A stretch of 52,279 nucleotides of DNA from Actinomycetota bacterium. Its GTDB lineage: Bacteria; Actinomycetota; Acidimicrobiia; Acidimicrobiales; WLNW01. The stretch covers positions 1 through 52,279 of the forward strand of contig WLNW01000002.1 of the NCBI GenBank assembly GCA_009699605.1. The letters run 5' to 3'. How positions within the stretch are numbered: the first letter of the stretch is position 1; every line of letters begins with the position of its first letter. Shown here piece by piece: positions 26,243-34,780 of the stretch. Both the position numbers and the translations under genes were made by a program. The notes beneath the pieces were generated by a model. It saw nothing but the letters and a program-made list of their open reading frames with translations, was not told the origin of the DNA and ran no database searches.

Positions 26243-27160
26243 GTGTCGTCGTCCCGTTATCTGAACTTCGAGCGCGAGGAATGGCGCCTCCTGCGGGCCA
26301 ACACGCCGCTCACGCTCGACCAAGCCGATCTCGACCGGCTTCGCGGCATCAACGAGCGCATCGACCTGGCTGAGGTGGCCGACGTGTACCTGCCCCTCAG
26401 CCGTCTGTTGAACCTCCACGTGGCTGCCACGCAAGAGTTGAACCACGTGTCAGCGACCTTCCTCGGCACCACTCGCCCGCAGGTGCCGTACATCATCGGC
26501 ATCGCCGGCAGCGTTGCCGTGGGCAAGAGCACGTTCGCCCGCATCTTGCAAGCGCTCCTGTCGCGCTGGGCCGAGCACCCGTCGGTCGACCTCGTCACGA
26601 CCGACGGGTTTCTGCGTCCGAACGCCGAGCTGACCGAGCGCGGGCTGATGAACCGCAAGGGCTTCCCGGAGAGCTACGACACGCGACGACTGCTCGAGTT
26701 CCTCCGCGAGGTGAAGTCGGGCTCGCCGGAGGTGTCGGCGCCGGTTTACAGCCACATCGCCTACGACATCGTTCCCGACGAGTCGGTGGTAGTTCGTCAA
26801 CCCGACGTGATGATCCTCGAAGGTCTCAACGTGCTGCAGGTCGGCGATGGCGCAGCCGAGTTCGTCAGCGACTTCTTCGACTTCTCGATCTACATCGATG
26901 CCGACGAGCGCGACGTCGAGCGCTGGTACGTCGAACGCTTCCTCGCGCTTCGTGGCACGGCATTTCGCGAACCGGGCTCGTTCTTCCGTGACTACGCGCC
27001 CCTCGGTACAGACGACGCGGTCGAGACAGCGCGCACCATCTGGCGCGACATCAACGGGCGGAACCTTCGTGAGAACATCGCGCCAACCGCGGATCGGGCG
27101 ATGCTCACGGTGCGAAAGGGCGCCGACCACCGAGTGACCCAGGTCCGACTGCGCAAGTGA
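26243..27160 (+). CDS. coaA: Type I pantothenate kinase
   Basis: P-loop [12 protein letters not shown] and the CoaA-typical segments DGFL.PN and LEGLNVLQ. Confidence 0.9.
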   Translation: MSSSRYLNFEREEWRLLRANTPLTLDQADLDRLRGINERIDLAEVADVYLPLSRLLNLHVAATQELNHVSATFLGTTRPQVPYIIGIAGSVAVGKSTFARILQALLSRWAEHPSVDLVTTDGFLRPNAELTERGLMNRKGFPESYDTRRLLEFLREVKSGSPEVSAPVYSHIAYDIVPDESVVVRQPDVMILEGLNVLQVGDGAAEFVSDFFDFSIYIDADERDVERWYVERFLALRGTAFREPGSFFRDYAPLGTDDAVETARTIWRDINGRNLRENIAPTADRAMLTVRKGADHRVTQVRLRK

Positions 27161-27937
27161 TCAGCGCACGCGCCGCAGCCAGTCGAGCACCAACGTCGCG
27201 GTGCGGTCCGGTTGCTCGAGGTGCGCCGCGTGTCCGGCGCCCTGCACGAGCGCGACCTCGGCGTTCGAGCCAACGGCGTCGGCCATGTCACGGGCGATGG
27301 AAGCGAACTTTCGGTCGTCGGTCCCGACGAGGAGCAGCATCGGCATGGCGAGTTCACCCAATCGGTCCCAGAGCGGCTCCTGTGCACCGGTGCCCAACGA
27401 GCGCAGGCTCGATGCGAGGCGGGTTGCGGTGTTGCGCCGCCGGGCGTCTCGGTGCGCCGCCGATGGCGGCAATGTCGCGAAGATCGGTTGGGCGAGCCAT
27501 TCGTCGACGAATGGCTCGAGACCAAGCGTTTCGAGACGATCCGCGAGCGCGAGGTCGCGCTCGAGCCGAGCATCTCGCTCGTCGTCGTCGAGAAGCCCGG
27601 GCGACGCACCGATCAATACGACGCGCTCCACGAGCCCGGGCGAATCGAGCGCAAGTCGCAACGCGATGCGACCACCCATCGAGTAGCCGAGGTAGTCCGA
27701 TCGACCACCGACGAGACCGAGTAGCCAGGCAGCATCGACGAGGTCGGCGCGCTCGTGGCCGCTCGCGCCGTGGCCGGGGGCGTCGACCAGTCGGAGCCGG
27801 TAATACGGCGCGAGCGCGTCATCGAAGGGTGACCAGCAGCCGGCGTTCTGCGTGAATCCGTGGAGCAGAACGAGGCGGCTCGCATCGACGGGGCCGCGTT
27901 CCTCGTAGGCCAGCGCGCCCGGATCCACCGTAGTCAT
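27161..27937 (-). CDS. menH: Alpha/beta hydrolase, probable SHCHC synthase
   Basis: LLHGFTQN, the nucleophile elbow GYSMGG and the C-terminal GHAAHLE. It lies divergent from menD. The function is assigned from context. Confidence 0.7.
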   Translation of the reverse strand: MTTVDPGALAYEERGPVDASRLVLLHGFTQNAGCWSPFDDALAPYYRLRLVDAPGHGASGHERADLVDAAWLLGLVGGRSDYLGYSMGGRIALRLALDSPGLVERVVLIGASPGLLDDDERDARLERDLALADRLETLGLEPFVDEWLAQPIFATLPPSAAHRDARRRNTATRLASSLRSLGTGAQEPLWDRLGELAMPMLLLVGTDDRKFASIARDMADAVGSNAEVALVQGAGHAAHLEQPDRTATLVLDWLRRVR

Positions 27938-27962
27938 GGTGGTCACCGTAGAGTCTGCGAGG

Positions 27963-29627
27963 ATGGCTGACGTGGAACCGCCCCCGCACGACGTGGCCGC
28001 GACCTTTTGTGCGACCCTCGTGGATGAATGGGTGCGTGGCGGCGTGACGCACGCGTGCATTTCGCCCGGTTCACGATCAACGCCTCTGGCGCTGGCACTC
28101 GCCGCCGAGTCGCGACTTCAGATCTCGGTGCATCACGACGAACGGTCCGCATCGTTCGTGGCCCTCGGTCTTGCGCTGGCCACGAAGCGCCCGGCGGTCG
28201 TGCTCACGACCAGTGGCACCGCCGCGGCCGAGCTCCACCCGGCCGTGATCGAGGCGCACCAGGCCGGTGTGCCGATGCTCGTGGTCACGGCCGATCGGCC
28301 ACCCGAGTTGCGCCACGTGGGGGCACCCCAGACGATCGATCAGTTGTCGTTATTCGGCGGCGCGGTACGTCGCTTCATCGAACCGGGTGTCGCGACGTGG
28401 GCCGGACGCGGGGGATGGCGCTCGCTCGGCGCGCAGGCGGTGCTCGTGGCCCTCGGCGCGGGCGGCGGGGCGGCAGGCGGCCATCCGGGTCCGGTGCACC
28501 TGAACCTGGCGTTTCGCGAGCCGTTGCTCGGACGTTCGCGCGAGCTCCCGCCCGGCCGCCCGCGCAACGCACCTTGGCACCGTGCGGCCGACGTGCGCAT
28601 TGACGGTGGCGTCGTCATCGACCGGGCCAAGACCGGCCTCGTGGTGGCCGGTGCGGGGGCGGCACGCCATGCGGCGGGCATCCGCCGACTCGGCTGGCCC
28701 GTCCTCACCGATCCTCGAAGCGGGCTCAGTGGCGTGGCGCACGCCGACCCGATCCTTCGTGTCCCATCCTTCGCGACCGCCAACGTGCCCGACACCGTCG
28801 TGCGGGTCGGCGATCTGCCTGCGTCCCGCGTGGTCAACGAGTGGTTGGCGTCCACCGGCGCCACGCAGATCGTGATCGCTGATACGTGGGTCGATCCGGC
28901 TCGTGACGCCACGTTCCTCGCACCCACGTTCAGCGTCGACATGAGCGCGTCGCCGCCGCGGGCGTGGCTTCGCACGTGGATGCAGGCCGACGCGATAGCG
29001 GCCAAGGCCATCAGTTCGCAGCTCGCTCGATCGAAGGGCATCACCGAGCCCGTTGTCGCGCGGATGATCGTGGGCGAGACGCCACGCGGCGGCCATGTCG
29101 TCGTCGCCTCGTCGATGCCGGTGCGCGACCTCGAGTGGTACGCGCCGCGTCGTACCGACATCACGGTTCATGCGAATCGCGGCGCAAACGGCATCGATGG
29201 TGTGGTGTCGACCGCGATCGGGGTTGCTGCATCGGGCGTGCCCACCGTGGCGCTGGTCGGCGACGTGGCCTTCCTCCACGACTCCAGCGCACTGATCGCG
29301 TTGGCCCGCCGATCGTTGAACCTCACGCTCGTGGTGGTCGACAACGATGGTGGCGGCATCTTCTCGTTCCTCGCGCAGGCCGAAGCGCTCGACGCGGCAC
29401 GGTTTGAGCTCCTGTTCGGCACCCCGCACGGCACCGACTGTGCCGCACTGGCCCGAGCGCACGGCCTGCGTGTTGTCGAAGCCGCAACGCCGATGGCGTT
29501 GTCGCGGGCCCTCGCCCGCGTCGGCGGTGTCACCGTGATCGTCGTTCGCACCGAGCGAGGGGCCAACGTGGCGTTGCACCGATCGCTGAATGACGCCGTT
29601 CGACGAGCGCTCGACAGCGAGGGCTGA
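27963..29627 (+). CDS. menD: SEPHCHC synthase (ThDP-dependent)
   Basis: ISPGSRSTPLALA, ADRPPELR and the ThDP motif GDVAFLHD...NNDGGGIF. The start is ATG 27963 (alternative ATG 27936). Confidence 0.9.
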   Translation: MADVEPPPHDVAATFCATLVDEWVRGGVTHACISPGSRSTPLALALAAESRLQISVHHDERSASFVALGLALATKRPAVVLTTSGTAAAELHPAVIEAHQAGVPMLVVTADRPPELRHVGAPQTIDQLSLFGGAVRRFIEPGVATWAGRGGWRSLGAQAVLVALGAGGGAAGGHPGPVHLNLAFREPLLGRSRELPPGRPRNAPWHRAADVRIDGGVVIDRAKTGLVVAGAGAARHAAGIRRLGWPVLTDPRSGLSGVAHADPILRVPSFATANVPDTVVRVGDLPASRVVNEWLASTGATQIVIADTWVDPARDATFLAPTFSVDMSASPPRAWLRTWMQADAIAAKAISSQLARSKGITEPVVARMIVGETPRGGHVVVASSMPVRDLEWYAPRRTDITVHANRGANGIDGVVSTAIGVAASGVPTVALVGDVAFLHDSSALIALARRSLNLTLVVVDNDGGGIFSFLAQAEALDAARFELLFGTPHGTDCAALARAHGLRVVEAATPMALSRALARVGGVTVIVVRTERGANVALHRSLNDAVRRALDSEG

Positions 29628-29631
29628 GCGC

Positions 29632-30873
29632 TCAGGGGCGCACGATCGCGCCGAGCATGACCTCGAGCTTGACGCGGGTCTCTTCGAGTTCGGCCTCAGG
29701 ATCGGAATCGGCGACGACGCCGACGCCCGCGAAGAGGCGAGCGGTGTTGTCCCGGATCTCGGCGCTGCGCACGCCGACGGCGAACTCGCCGTTGCCGCGG
29801 TGATCGATCCATCCGACGGGTGCGGCGTACGACCCGCGATCGAACTGTTCGTGCTGAGCGATGAGGCCGAGCGCCGCGCCGCGCGGATCCCCGCCGACTG
29901 CCGGTGTGGGATGGAGCGCGGCGACCAGTTCGAGCACGGACGGCAACGGATGGGACAGCCGGCCCTCGACGCGAGTGGCGAGGTGGTGGAGGTTGGCCAG
30001 GCTGACCACCTGGGGATCGGTCTCGGCATCGAGGTAGGAGCACCACGACAGCAACGTGTCGTGGACCATGTCGATGGTGATCTGATGCTCGATCCGATCC
30101 TTGTGCGACGCGAGCAACGACGCGGCGAGGCGAGCATCGGCGATGGGGTCGGGGCTGCGACCGGTCGTGCCGGCCATGGGTTGGGACCGCACGAGATCGC
30201 CGCTTCGGGCCACGAGGAGCTCAGGCGACGCGCCGGTGAGGGTGGGCATCGCGAACACGTAGCTGGTCGCGTAGTTCCGCAGGAGGCGACGCAGCACGCG
30301 GGCACGCGGGATGGGCGCGTCGCACATGATCACGAGATCGCGCGCGAGCACGACCTTGCGAGCTGCGCCGGCGCGCAGCGCGTCGCGTGCGGCGGCGACT
30401 GCGGCACACCATTCCTCGGCCGGGCGGGTGGTCGCGATGGTGTACGTGGACGGCGCAGCTCGCTGCGGCGCGCGTAAGTGCGTTGCCAGACGGGACGCGA
30501 TGACCGACACGTCGGGTGCTTCGCCATGGCCGATCCAGGTGACCCAGCGGTTGCCGTCGCGATCTCGTCCGTAGACGATCTCCGGGACGACGAGTGAACC
30601 ACTGAGCTGATCGGCACGTCGTTCGAAGTCGAGCGCACCGAACGCGACCGCACCGGTACCCGCGCGGTCGAGGTCGGTGGTCGAGTGGATGTGGGCGAGC
30701 GGCGCCGACTCGGCGGTGGGTGAGGCGACGCCCCCAAGATCGATGGTGCCGGCAGTGCCGAGGCCGGCCAACGCGAACCCGTCGTGCATCCACACGACAC
30801 CGTCGTCGCCTGCGATCGCGATGGGGTCGAGGTCGAGGTCGACTCGGACGGTGACCGCGCGCAAGGGCGTCAT
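29632..30873 (-). CDS. menF: Isochorismate synthase
   Basis: Chorismate-binding C-terminus HPTPAVGG, GWIDHRGNGEFAVGVRSA and AGVGVVADSDPEAELEET. ATG 30873 lies 10 nt after the menG stop. Confidence 0.85.
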   Translation of the reverse strand: MTPLRAVTVRVDLDLDPIAIAGDDGVVWMHDGFALAGLGTAGTIDLGGVASPTAESAPLAHIHSTTDLDRAGTGAVAFGALDFERRADQLSGSLVVPEIVYGRDRDGNRWVTWIGHGEAPDVSVIASRLATHLRAPQRAAPSTYTIATTRPAEEWCAAVAAARDALRAGAARKVVLARDLVIMCDAPIPRARVLRRLLRNYATSYVFAMPTLTGASPELLVARSGDLVRSQPMAGTTGRSPDPIADARLAASLLASHKDRIEHQITIDMVHDTLLSWCSYLDAETDPQVVSLANLHHLATRVEGRLSHPLPSVLELVAALHPTPAVGGDPRGAALGLIAQHEQFDRGSYAAPVGWIDHRGNGEFAVGVRSAEIRDNTARLFAGVGVVADSDPEAELEETRVKLEVMLGAIVRP

Positions 30874-30883
30874 GCTCGGCGCA

Positions 30884-31585
30884 TCAGGGCCGCGTGGCCA
30901 CGATGAGCTGGCTGATGCCGGTGGACAGAAGGATCCGTTCGACGTTGATGAAGCCGGCCGCGCGAACGCCGGCCAGCATCTGGGTCGGTGGTGGGAGGTA
31001 GGCCACCGACTTCGGCAGGTAGCGGTATGCCGCACCATCGGAGAGCAGCGCCCCGATGCGCGGTACGACCTTACCGAAGTACGCACGGTGGCCGGCCCGG
31101 AGCACGGGGTTCTTTGGCTCGGCGACCTCGAGCAGCGCGATGCGACCTCCGGGGCGAACCACGCGGGCCAACTCGACGAAGAACGCTTCGAGCTCGACGA
31201 GGTTGCGCAATGCGAATCCACACGTTGCGCCATCGACCGATGCGTCGGGCACGGGGAGGCGCAAGATGTCGGCCTGCAGCAACGGCGCGTCGGTGCGGGC
31301 GGCGGCCAGCATGCCGAAGGAGAGATCAACCCCGATGGGCCTGATGCCGCTCTTGCCCAGCTCCCGGCAAAAGTCGCCGGTGCCGCACGCGAGATCGAGC
31401 ACCGTGGAACCCGACGCGAGACGTAGCTCGCGGATGGTGCGGCGCCGCCAGCCCACGTCCATGCGGAACGTCATGACCCGGTTCACGAGGTCGTAGCGCG
31501 GCGCGATGGTGTCGAACATCTCGCGCACCGCGCGGACCTTCTCGTCACCTTGGGGCAAGGCGGGGTCGGCTGCCGGGCGGTTCAC
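30884..31585 (-). CDS. menG: Demethylmenaquinone methyltransferase (UbiE/MenG)
   Basis: VREMFDTIAPRYDLVN, the SAM motif VLDLACGTGD, and FALRN. GTG 31585 overlaps the upstream stop (GTGA). Confidence 0.9.
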   Translation of the reverse strand: MNRPAADPALPQGDEKVRAVREMFDTIAPRYDLVNRVMTFRMDVGWRRRTIRELRLASGSTVLDLACGTGDFCRELGKSGIRPIGVDLSFGMLAAARTDAPLLQADILRLPVPDASVDGATCGFALRNLVELEAFFVELARVVRPGGRIALLEVAEPKNPVLRAGHRAYFGKVVPRIGALLSDGAAYRYLPKSVAYLPPPTQMLAGVRAAGFINVERILLSTGISQLIVATRP

Positions 31586-31941
31586 TTGAACCAGACGCGG
31601 GCATACCCGCGGCACGAGTCGTGCAGCACGAGCGACGCGATCCACACGGCGATGGCCAAGCTGATGAGGCCCGTGACCGGGCTCACGGTGAGGAGGAAGA
31701 GGTCGAGAACGACCGACAGGCACGCCCCTGTGCAACCGGCGTAGTACCCGAGCTTCTTCTCGTTGGCGATGCCGTAGGCGCCGCCGGCCTTGAGCAGCGC
31801 CAGCACGAGGAACACCAGCGCGAACGGGCCACCGATGAGGATGCTGTTGAACAGGTCGAAGGCAGCCGAGATGTACAGCATCATGGTGCCCTGCACCAAG
31901 CGGCCGGGCTGTGATTGGTCGATCCAGCGAAACTGGTCCAT
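31582..31941 (-). CDS. Small integral membrane protein (119 aa), function unknown
   Basis: Three to four hydrophobic helices. It is tightly packed between rlmN and menG with a 4-nt overlap. Confidence 0.6.
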   Translation of the reverse strand: MDQFRWIDQSQPGRLVQGTMMLYISAAFDLFNSILIGGPFALVFLVLALLKAGGAYGIANEKKLGYYAGCTGACLSVVLDLFLLTVSPVTGLISLAIAVWIASLVLHDSCRGYARVWFK

Positions 31942-31945
31942 GTGA

Positions 31946-33019
31946 TCAGTTTGCCTTGTCGGGCGCGACAGGCGTGCGTCGGGGCCCGATGGAAACCGCG
32001 CGGGCTCGCAGCTGTCCGCACGCTGCGTCGATGTCGGTGCCACGGTTCTGGCGGACGGTGGCGTTGACTCCTCGGGCCACGAGATCGTCGCGGAACTCGT
32101 GCACGCGGGCGAGAGGCGAGCCAATGGTCGCGAAGCCCTCCGTCGGGTTGAGAGGGATGAGGTTGACGTGGGCGCGAAGGTCACGCGCTATGGCCGCGAG
32201 CTCGCGGGCATCGGTCGGGCGATCGTTGACGTTGTCGATCATGGCCCACTCGAACGAGAGTCGGCGGTTGCGGTGGCCGAGGTACTCGCGGCACGCATCG
32301 GCGAGTTGCGCGAGCGGGTACCGGCGGTTGATTGGTACGAGCTCGTTGCGCAACGTGTCGTTGGCCGCGTGGAGTGAGACGGCGAGGTTCGCCGGCAGGC
32401 GTTCGGTGCCGAAGCGCACGATGCCGGGGATGATGCCCACCGTCGACACGGTGAGATGACGGGCCGAGATACCGAGATCGTCGTGGATGCGCTCGAGCGC
32501 GGCGATGGTGCGGTCGTAGTTGGCGAACGGCTCGCCCATGCCCATGAACACGATGTTCGAGACGCGCCGATCGTTGGCACGCGCGTCACGCGAGGCGCGC
32601 ACGACCTGTTCGACGATCTCGCCGACGGTGAGGTTGCGTTCGAAGCCGCCCTGACCGGTGGCGCAGAAGCCGCACGCCATTGCGCACCCAGCCTGGGTGC
32701 TGATGCACACCGTGGACCGGTCGCGGTAGTGCATGAGCACGGTCTCGACGTGGGAGCCGTCGTGGAGCTGCCACAGCCACTTGACGGTGCCGCCGTCGTG
32801 GCTGGTGCTCTTGGTGGTGGTGCGCAAGGCCGACGGGAGCGCGTCGTCGAGTCGGGCGCGCAGCGCCTTCGGCAGCGTGGTCATCTCGCCCGGCTCGAGC
32901 AGGTGGATGTAGAGGCTCTGCCAGACCTGATCGAGTCGGTAGAGCGGTTCGCCGGCCAGGACCTCGGTGAGCTCGTCGCGGGTGAGGTCGTAACGCGTGC
33001 GACGCGTGAGCGCGCTCAC
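31946..33019 (-). CDS. rlmN: Radical-SAM 23S rRNA/tRNA adenine-C2 methyltransferase
   Basis: CISTQAGCAMACGFCATGQ radical-SAM motif and the RlmN-typical N-terminus YRLDQVWQ. GTG 33019 overlaps the mshD stop (GTGA). The longer ORF-track N-terminus overlaps mshD and was rejected. Confidence 0.9.
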   Translation of the reverse strand: MSALTRRTRYDLTRDELTEVLAGEPLYRLDQVWQSLYIHLLEPGEMTTLPKALRARLDDALPSALRTTTKSTSHDGGTVKWLWQLHDGSHVETVLMHYRDRSTVCISTQAGCAMACGFCATGQGGFERNLTVGEIVEQVVRASRDARANDRRVSNIVFMGMGEPFANYDRTIAALERIHDDLGISARHLTVSTVGIIPGIVRFGTERLPANLAVSLHAANDTLRNELVPINRRYPLAQLADACREYLGHRNRRLSFEWAMIDNVNDRPTDARELAAIARDLRAHVNLIPLNPTEGFATIGSPLARVHEFRDDLVARGVNATVRQNRGTDIDAACGQLRARAVSIGPRRTPVAPDKAN

Positions 33020-33735
33020 GACGCGTCGCCGTCGGCGCGAGCGTCGGCGGTGTACGCGCGATCGATGTGATGCACGTGGAACCCGATGCGCTCGTAGGTG
33101 CGCACCGCAGCCACGTTGTCGTGCTCGACGTAGAGCATGCCTTGGGCCAGGCCGTGAGCGCTGAGCCACTCGAGCCCGGCGAGCGTGAGCGCATTGCCCA
33201 ATCCCTGGCCGTGAAACGCGGGGTCGACAGCGATGACGTAGATCTCGCCGAGGGGCGGATCGCCGAGCGAGGGGTTCGCGGGATGGATCTTGGTCCAGCA
33301 GAACGCGGCGAGTCGGCCGTCGCGCTCGTGGATGCGAAAGCCTTCAGGGTCGAACCACGGCTCGGCCTGCTTGGCCGCGAGGTCGTCAACGGTCATGCCG
33401 CCCTGCTCGGGGTGCCACGCGAACGCACGGTTGTTCACTGCGAGGAACGCCCCGGCGTCGGAGGCCACGAACGGTCGGGTGGGCACATCGGTGTGGGCGG
33501 CTGGCAGTGCGCAGCGCATCTGCAACAAGTCTCGCCACGGGTGGAGCCCTTCGGTGCGCGCGGCGTGGTCGAGCGCGTCATCGACATGTTCGACCCACAG
33601 CACGAACGGGCCGCCGCCTCCCTGGGCCGCGTGCGATCGGGCTGCGCGCAGCTGGGCGACGGGGTCGGGTGGACGGGCCGGGCCGGCGTCCCAACGGGTC
33701 ACCCAACCGGTGTGATCTCGAACGACGAGTGACAT
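33016..33735 (-). CDS. mshD: Mycothiol synthase with a shortened N-terminal domain
   Basis: VNNRAFAWHPEQGGMT, WFDPEGF, FCWTKIHP, GEIYVIAVDPAFHGQGLG and LYVEHDNVAAVRTYERIGF track my recollection of Mtb MshD. The protein is 239 aa from ATG 33735. Confidence 0.8.
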   Translation of the reverse strand: MSLVVRDHTGWVTRWDAGPARPPDPVAQLRAARSHAAQGGGGPFVLWVEHVDDALDHAARTEGLHPWRDLLQMRCALPAAHTDVPTRPFVASDAGAFLAVNNRAFAWHPEQGGMTVDDLAAKQAEPWFDPEGFRIHERDGRLAAFCWTKIHPANPSLGDPPLGEIYVIAVDPAFHGQGLGNALTLAGLEWLSAHGLAQGMLYVEHDNVAAVRTYERIGFHVHHIDRAYTADARADGDAS

Positions 33736-33760
33736 CGATGTGCAGGCTACTGTCACCTCG

Positions 33761-34405
33761 ATGTCGCGCCCCCGTACCCCCAAAGGCCGCGCGCGGGAGG
33801 TGCACCGTCGCCTGGCCGAGGAGTACCCCGAGGCGATCTGCGAGCTCGACCACCGCAACGCGTACGAGCTCCTCACGGCGACCATTCTCTCCGCGCAGAC
33901 CACCGACAAGCGCGTCAACATGGTCACGCCCGAGCTGTTTCGGCGGTATCCGACGCCTGAGGACCTCGCCGGCGCGGAGCTGGGCGAGGTCGAGGAGATC
34001 GTAAGGTCCACGGGCTTCTATGCGAGCAAGGCGAAGAGCATCGTGGGCATGGCGCGCCGATTGGTCGAGGTGTACGGCGGCGAGGTGCCCGGCCCCATCG
34101 AGGACCTCGTCACGCTGCCCGGCGTGGGTCGTAAGACCGCCAACGTGGTGCGCAGCGTCGCGTTCGGACTGCCCGGGCTCCCGGTCGACACGCACGTGCT
34201 GCGCCTCACCAGGAAGCTAGGCATCACTGCCGAGACCGATCCGGTGAAGCTCGAGTTCGAGCTCAACCCGATGCTGCCCTCGGCGGAGCGCGGCGCGTTC
34301 AGCCTGCGCCTGATCCTGCACGGCCGCCGGGTGTGCTTCGCCCGCAAGCCGAACTGCGGCGAGTGCACCCTCGAGGACGTCTGCCCCGCAAGCGAGCTCC
34401 GCTGA
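33761..34405 (+). CDS. nth: Endonuclease III
   Basis: HhH-GPD motif LPGVGRKTANVV, the catalytic region VDTHV.R, and the C-terminal 4Fe-4S motif CFARKPNCGECTLEDVC. The start is ATG 33761 or GTG 33740. Confidence 0.9.
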   Translation: MSRPRTPKGRAREVHRRLAEEYPEAICELDHRNAYELLTATILSAQTTDKRVNMVTPELFRRYPTPEDLAGAELGEVEEIVRSTGFYASKAKSIVGMARRLVEVYGGEVPGPIEDLVTLPGVGRKTANVVRSVAFGLPGLPVDTHVLRLTRKLGITAETDPVKLEFELNPMLPSAERGAFSLRLILHGRRVCFARKPNCGECTLEDVCPASELR

Positions 34406-34482
34406 CCCGTCCTCACCCCGACAGCCCAGCGGTGGGAGTGTGAACATCGTGGGACATGGCCGGGCCGGTGCCGGAGCGCCGA

Positions 34483-34677
34483 TCAGCGCAGCGTGCGCTG
34501 CACCGATTCCAAGAGTCGCGACGCGCTCCGTAGCGCCCGCTCGACCTCGTGCAGCTGGAAGGCGATGCCCTCCTGCTCGGTGCCCTGGTAGCGATCGGCC
34601 ACGTCGACGATGCGGACGATGAGGTCGTCGAGCATGCTCGACGCGGAGGACAACACAGCGACGTCGCTCGTGGACAT
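34483..34677 (-). CDS. Small helical hypothetical protein (64 aa)
   Basis: In the stretch I counted, about 22 of 25 codons have G or C at the third position, which matches genuine genes here. The sequence has an amphipathic-helix character. I recognise no family. Confidence 0.5.
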   Translation of the reverse strand: MSTSDVAVLSSASSMLDDLIVRIVDVADRYQGTEQEGIAFQLHEVERALRSASRLLESVQRTLR

Positions 34678-34780
34678 GCGAGAGGTCTATCCGGTTCACC
34701 GCCCGAAATACCAGTGCACCGAATCCCCTGCGCCAAATGTCCCAGGCGAAGGTGGGAGGAGCCGGTACCGTGTCGCGGTC

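Noticed and set aside
29632-31329. Single 565-aa ORF spanning menF and part of menG
   Set aside because: Only the C-terminal 413 aa (from ATG 30873) resemble isochorismate synthase. The upstream part overlaps the well-supported menG gene in another frame.
31946-33169. 407-aa version of rlmN starting at 33169
   Set aside because: The extra 50 residues are Arg-rich and overlap the mshD 3' end. GTG 33019 gives the expected RlmN N-terminus and a GTGA coupling overlap.
33016-34011. 331-aa version of mshD starting at 34011
   Set aside because: The extension runs antisense through the well-supported nth gene and is Ser/Arg-rich low-complexity sequence.
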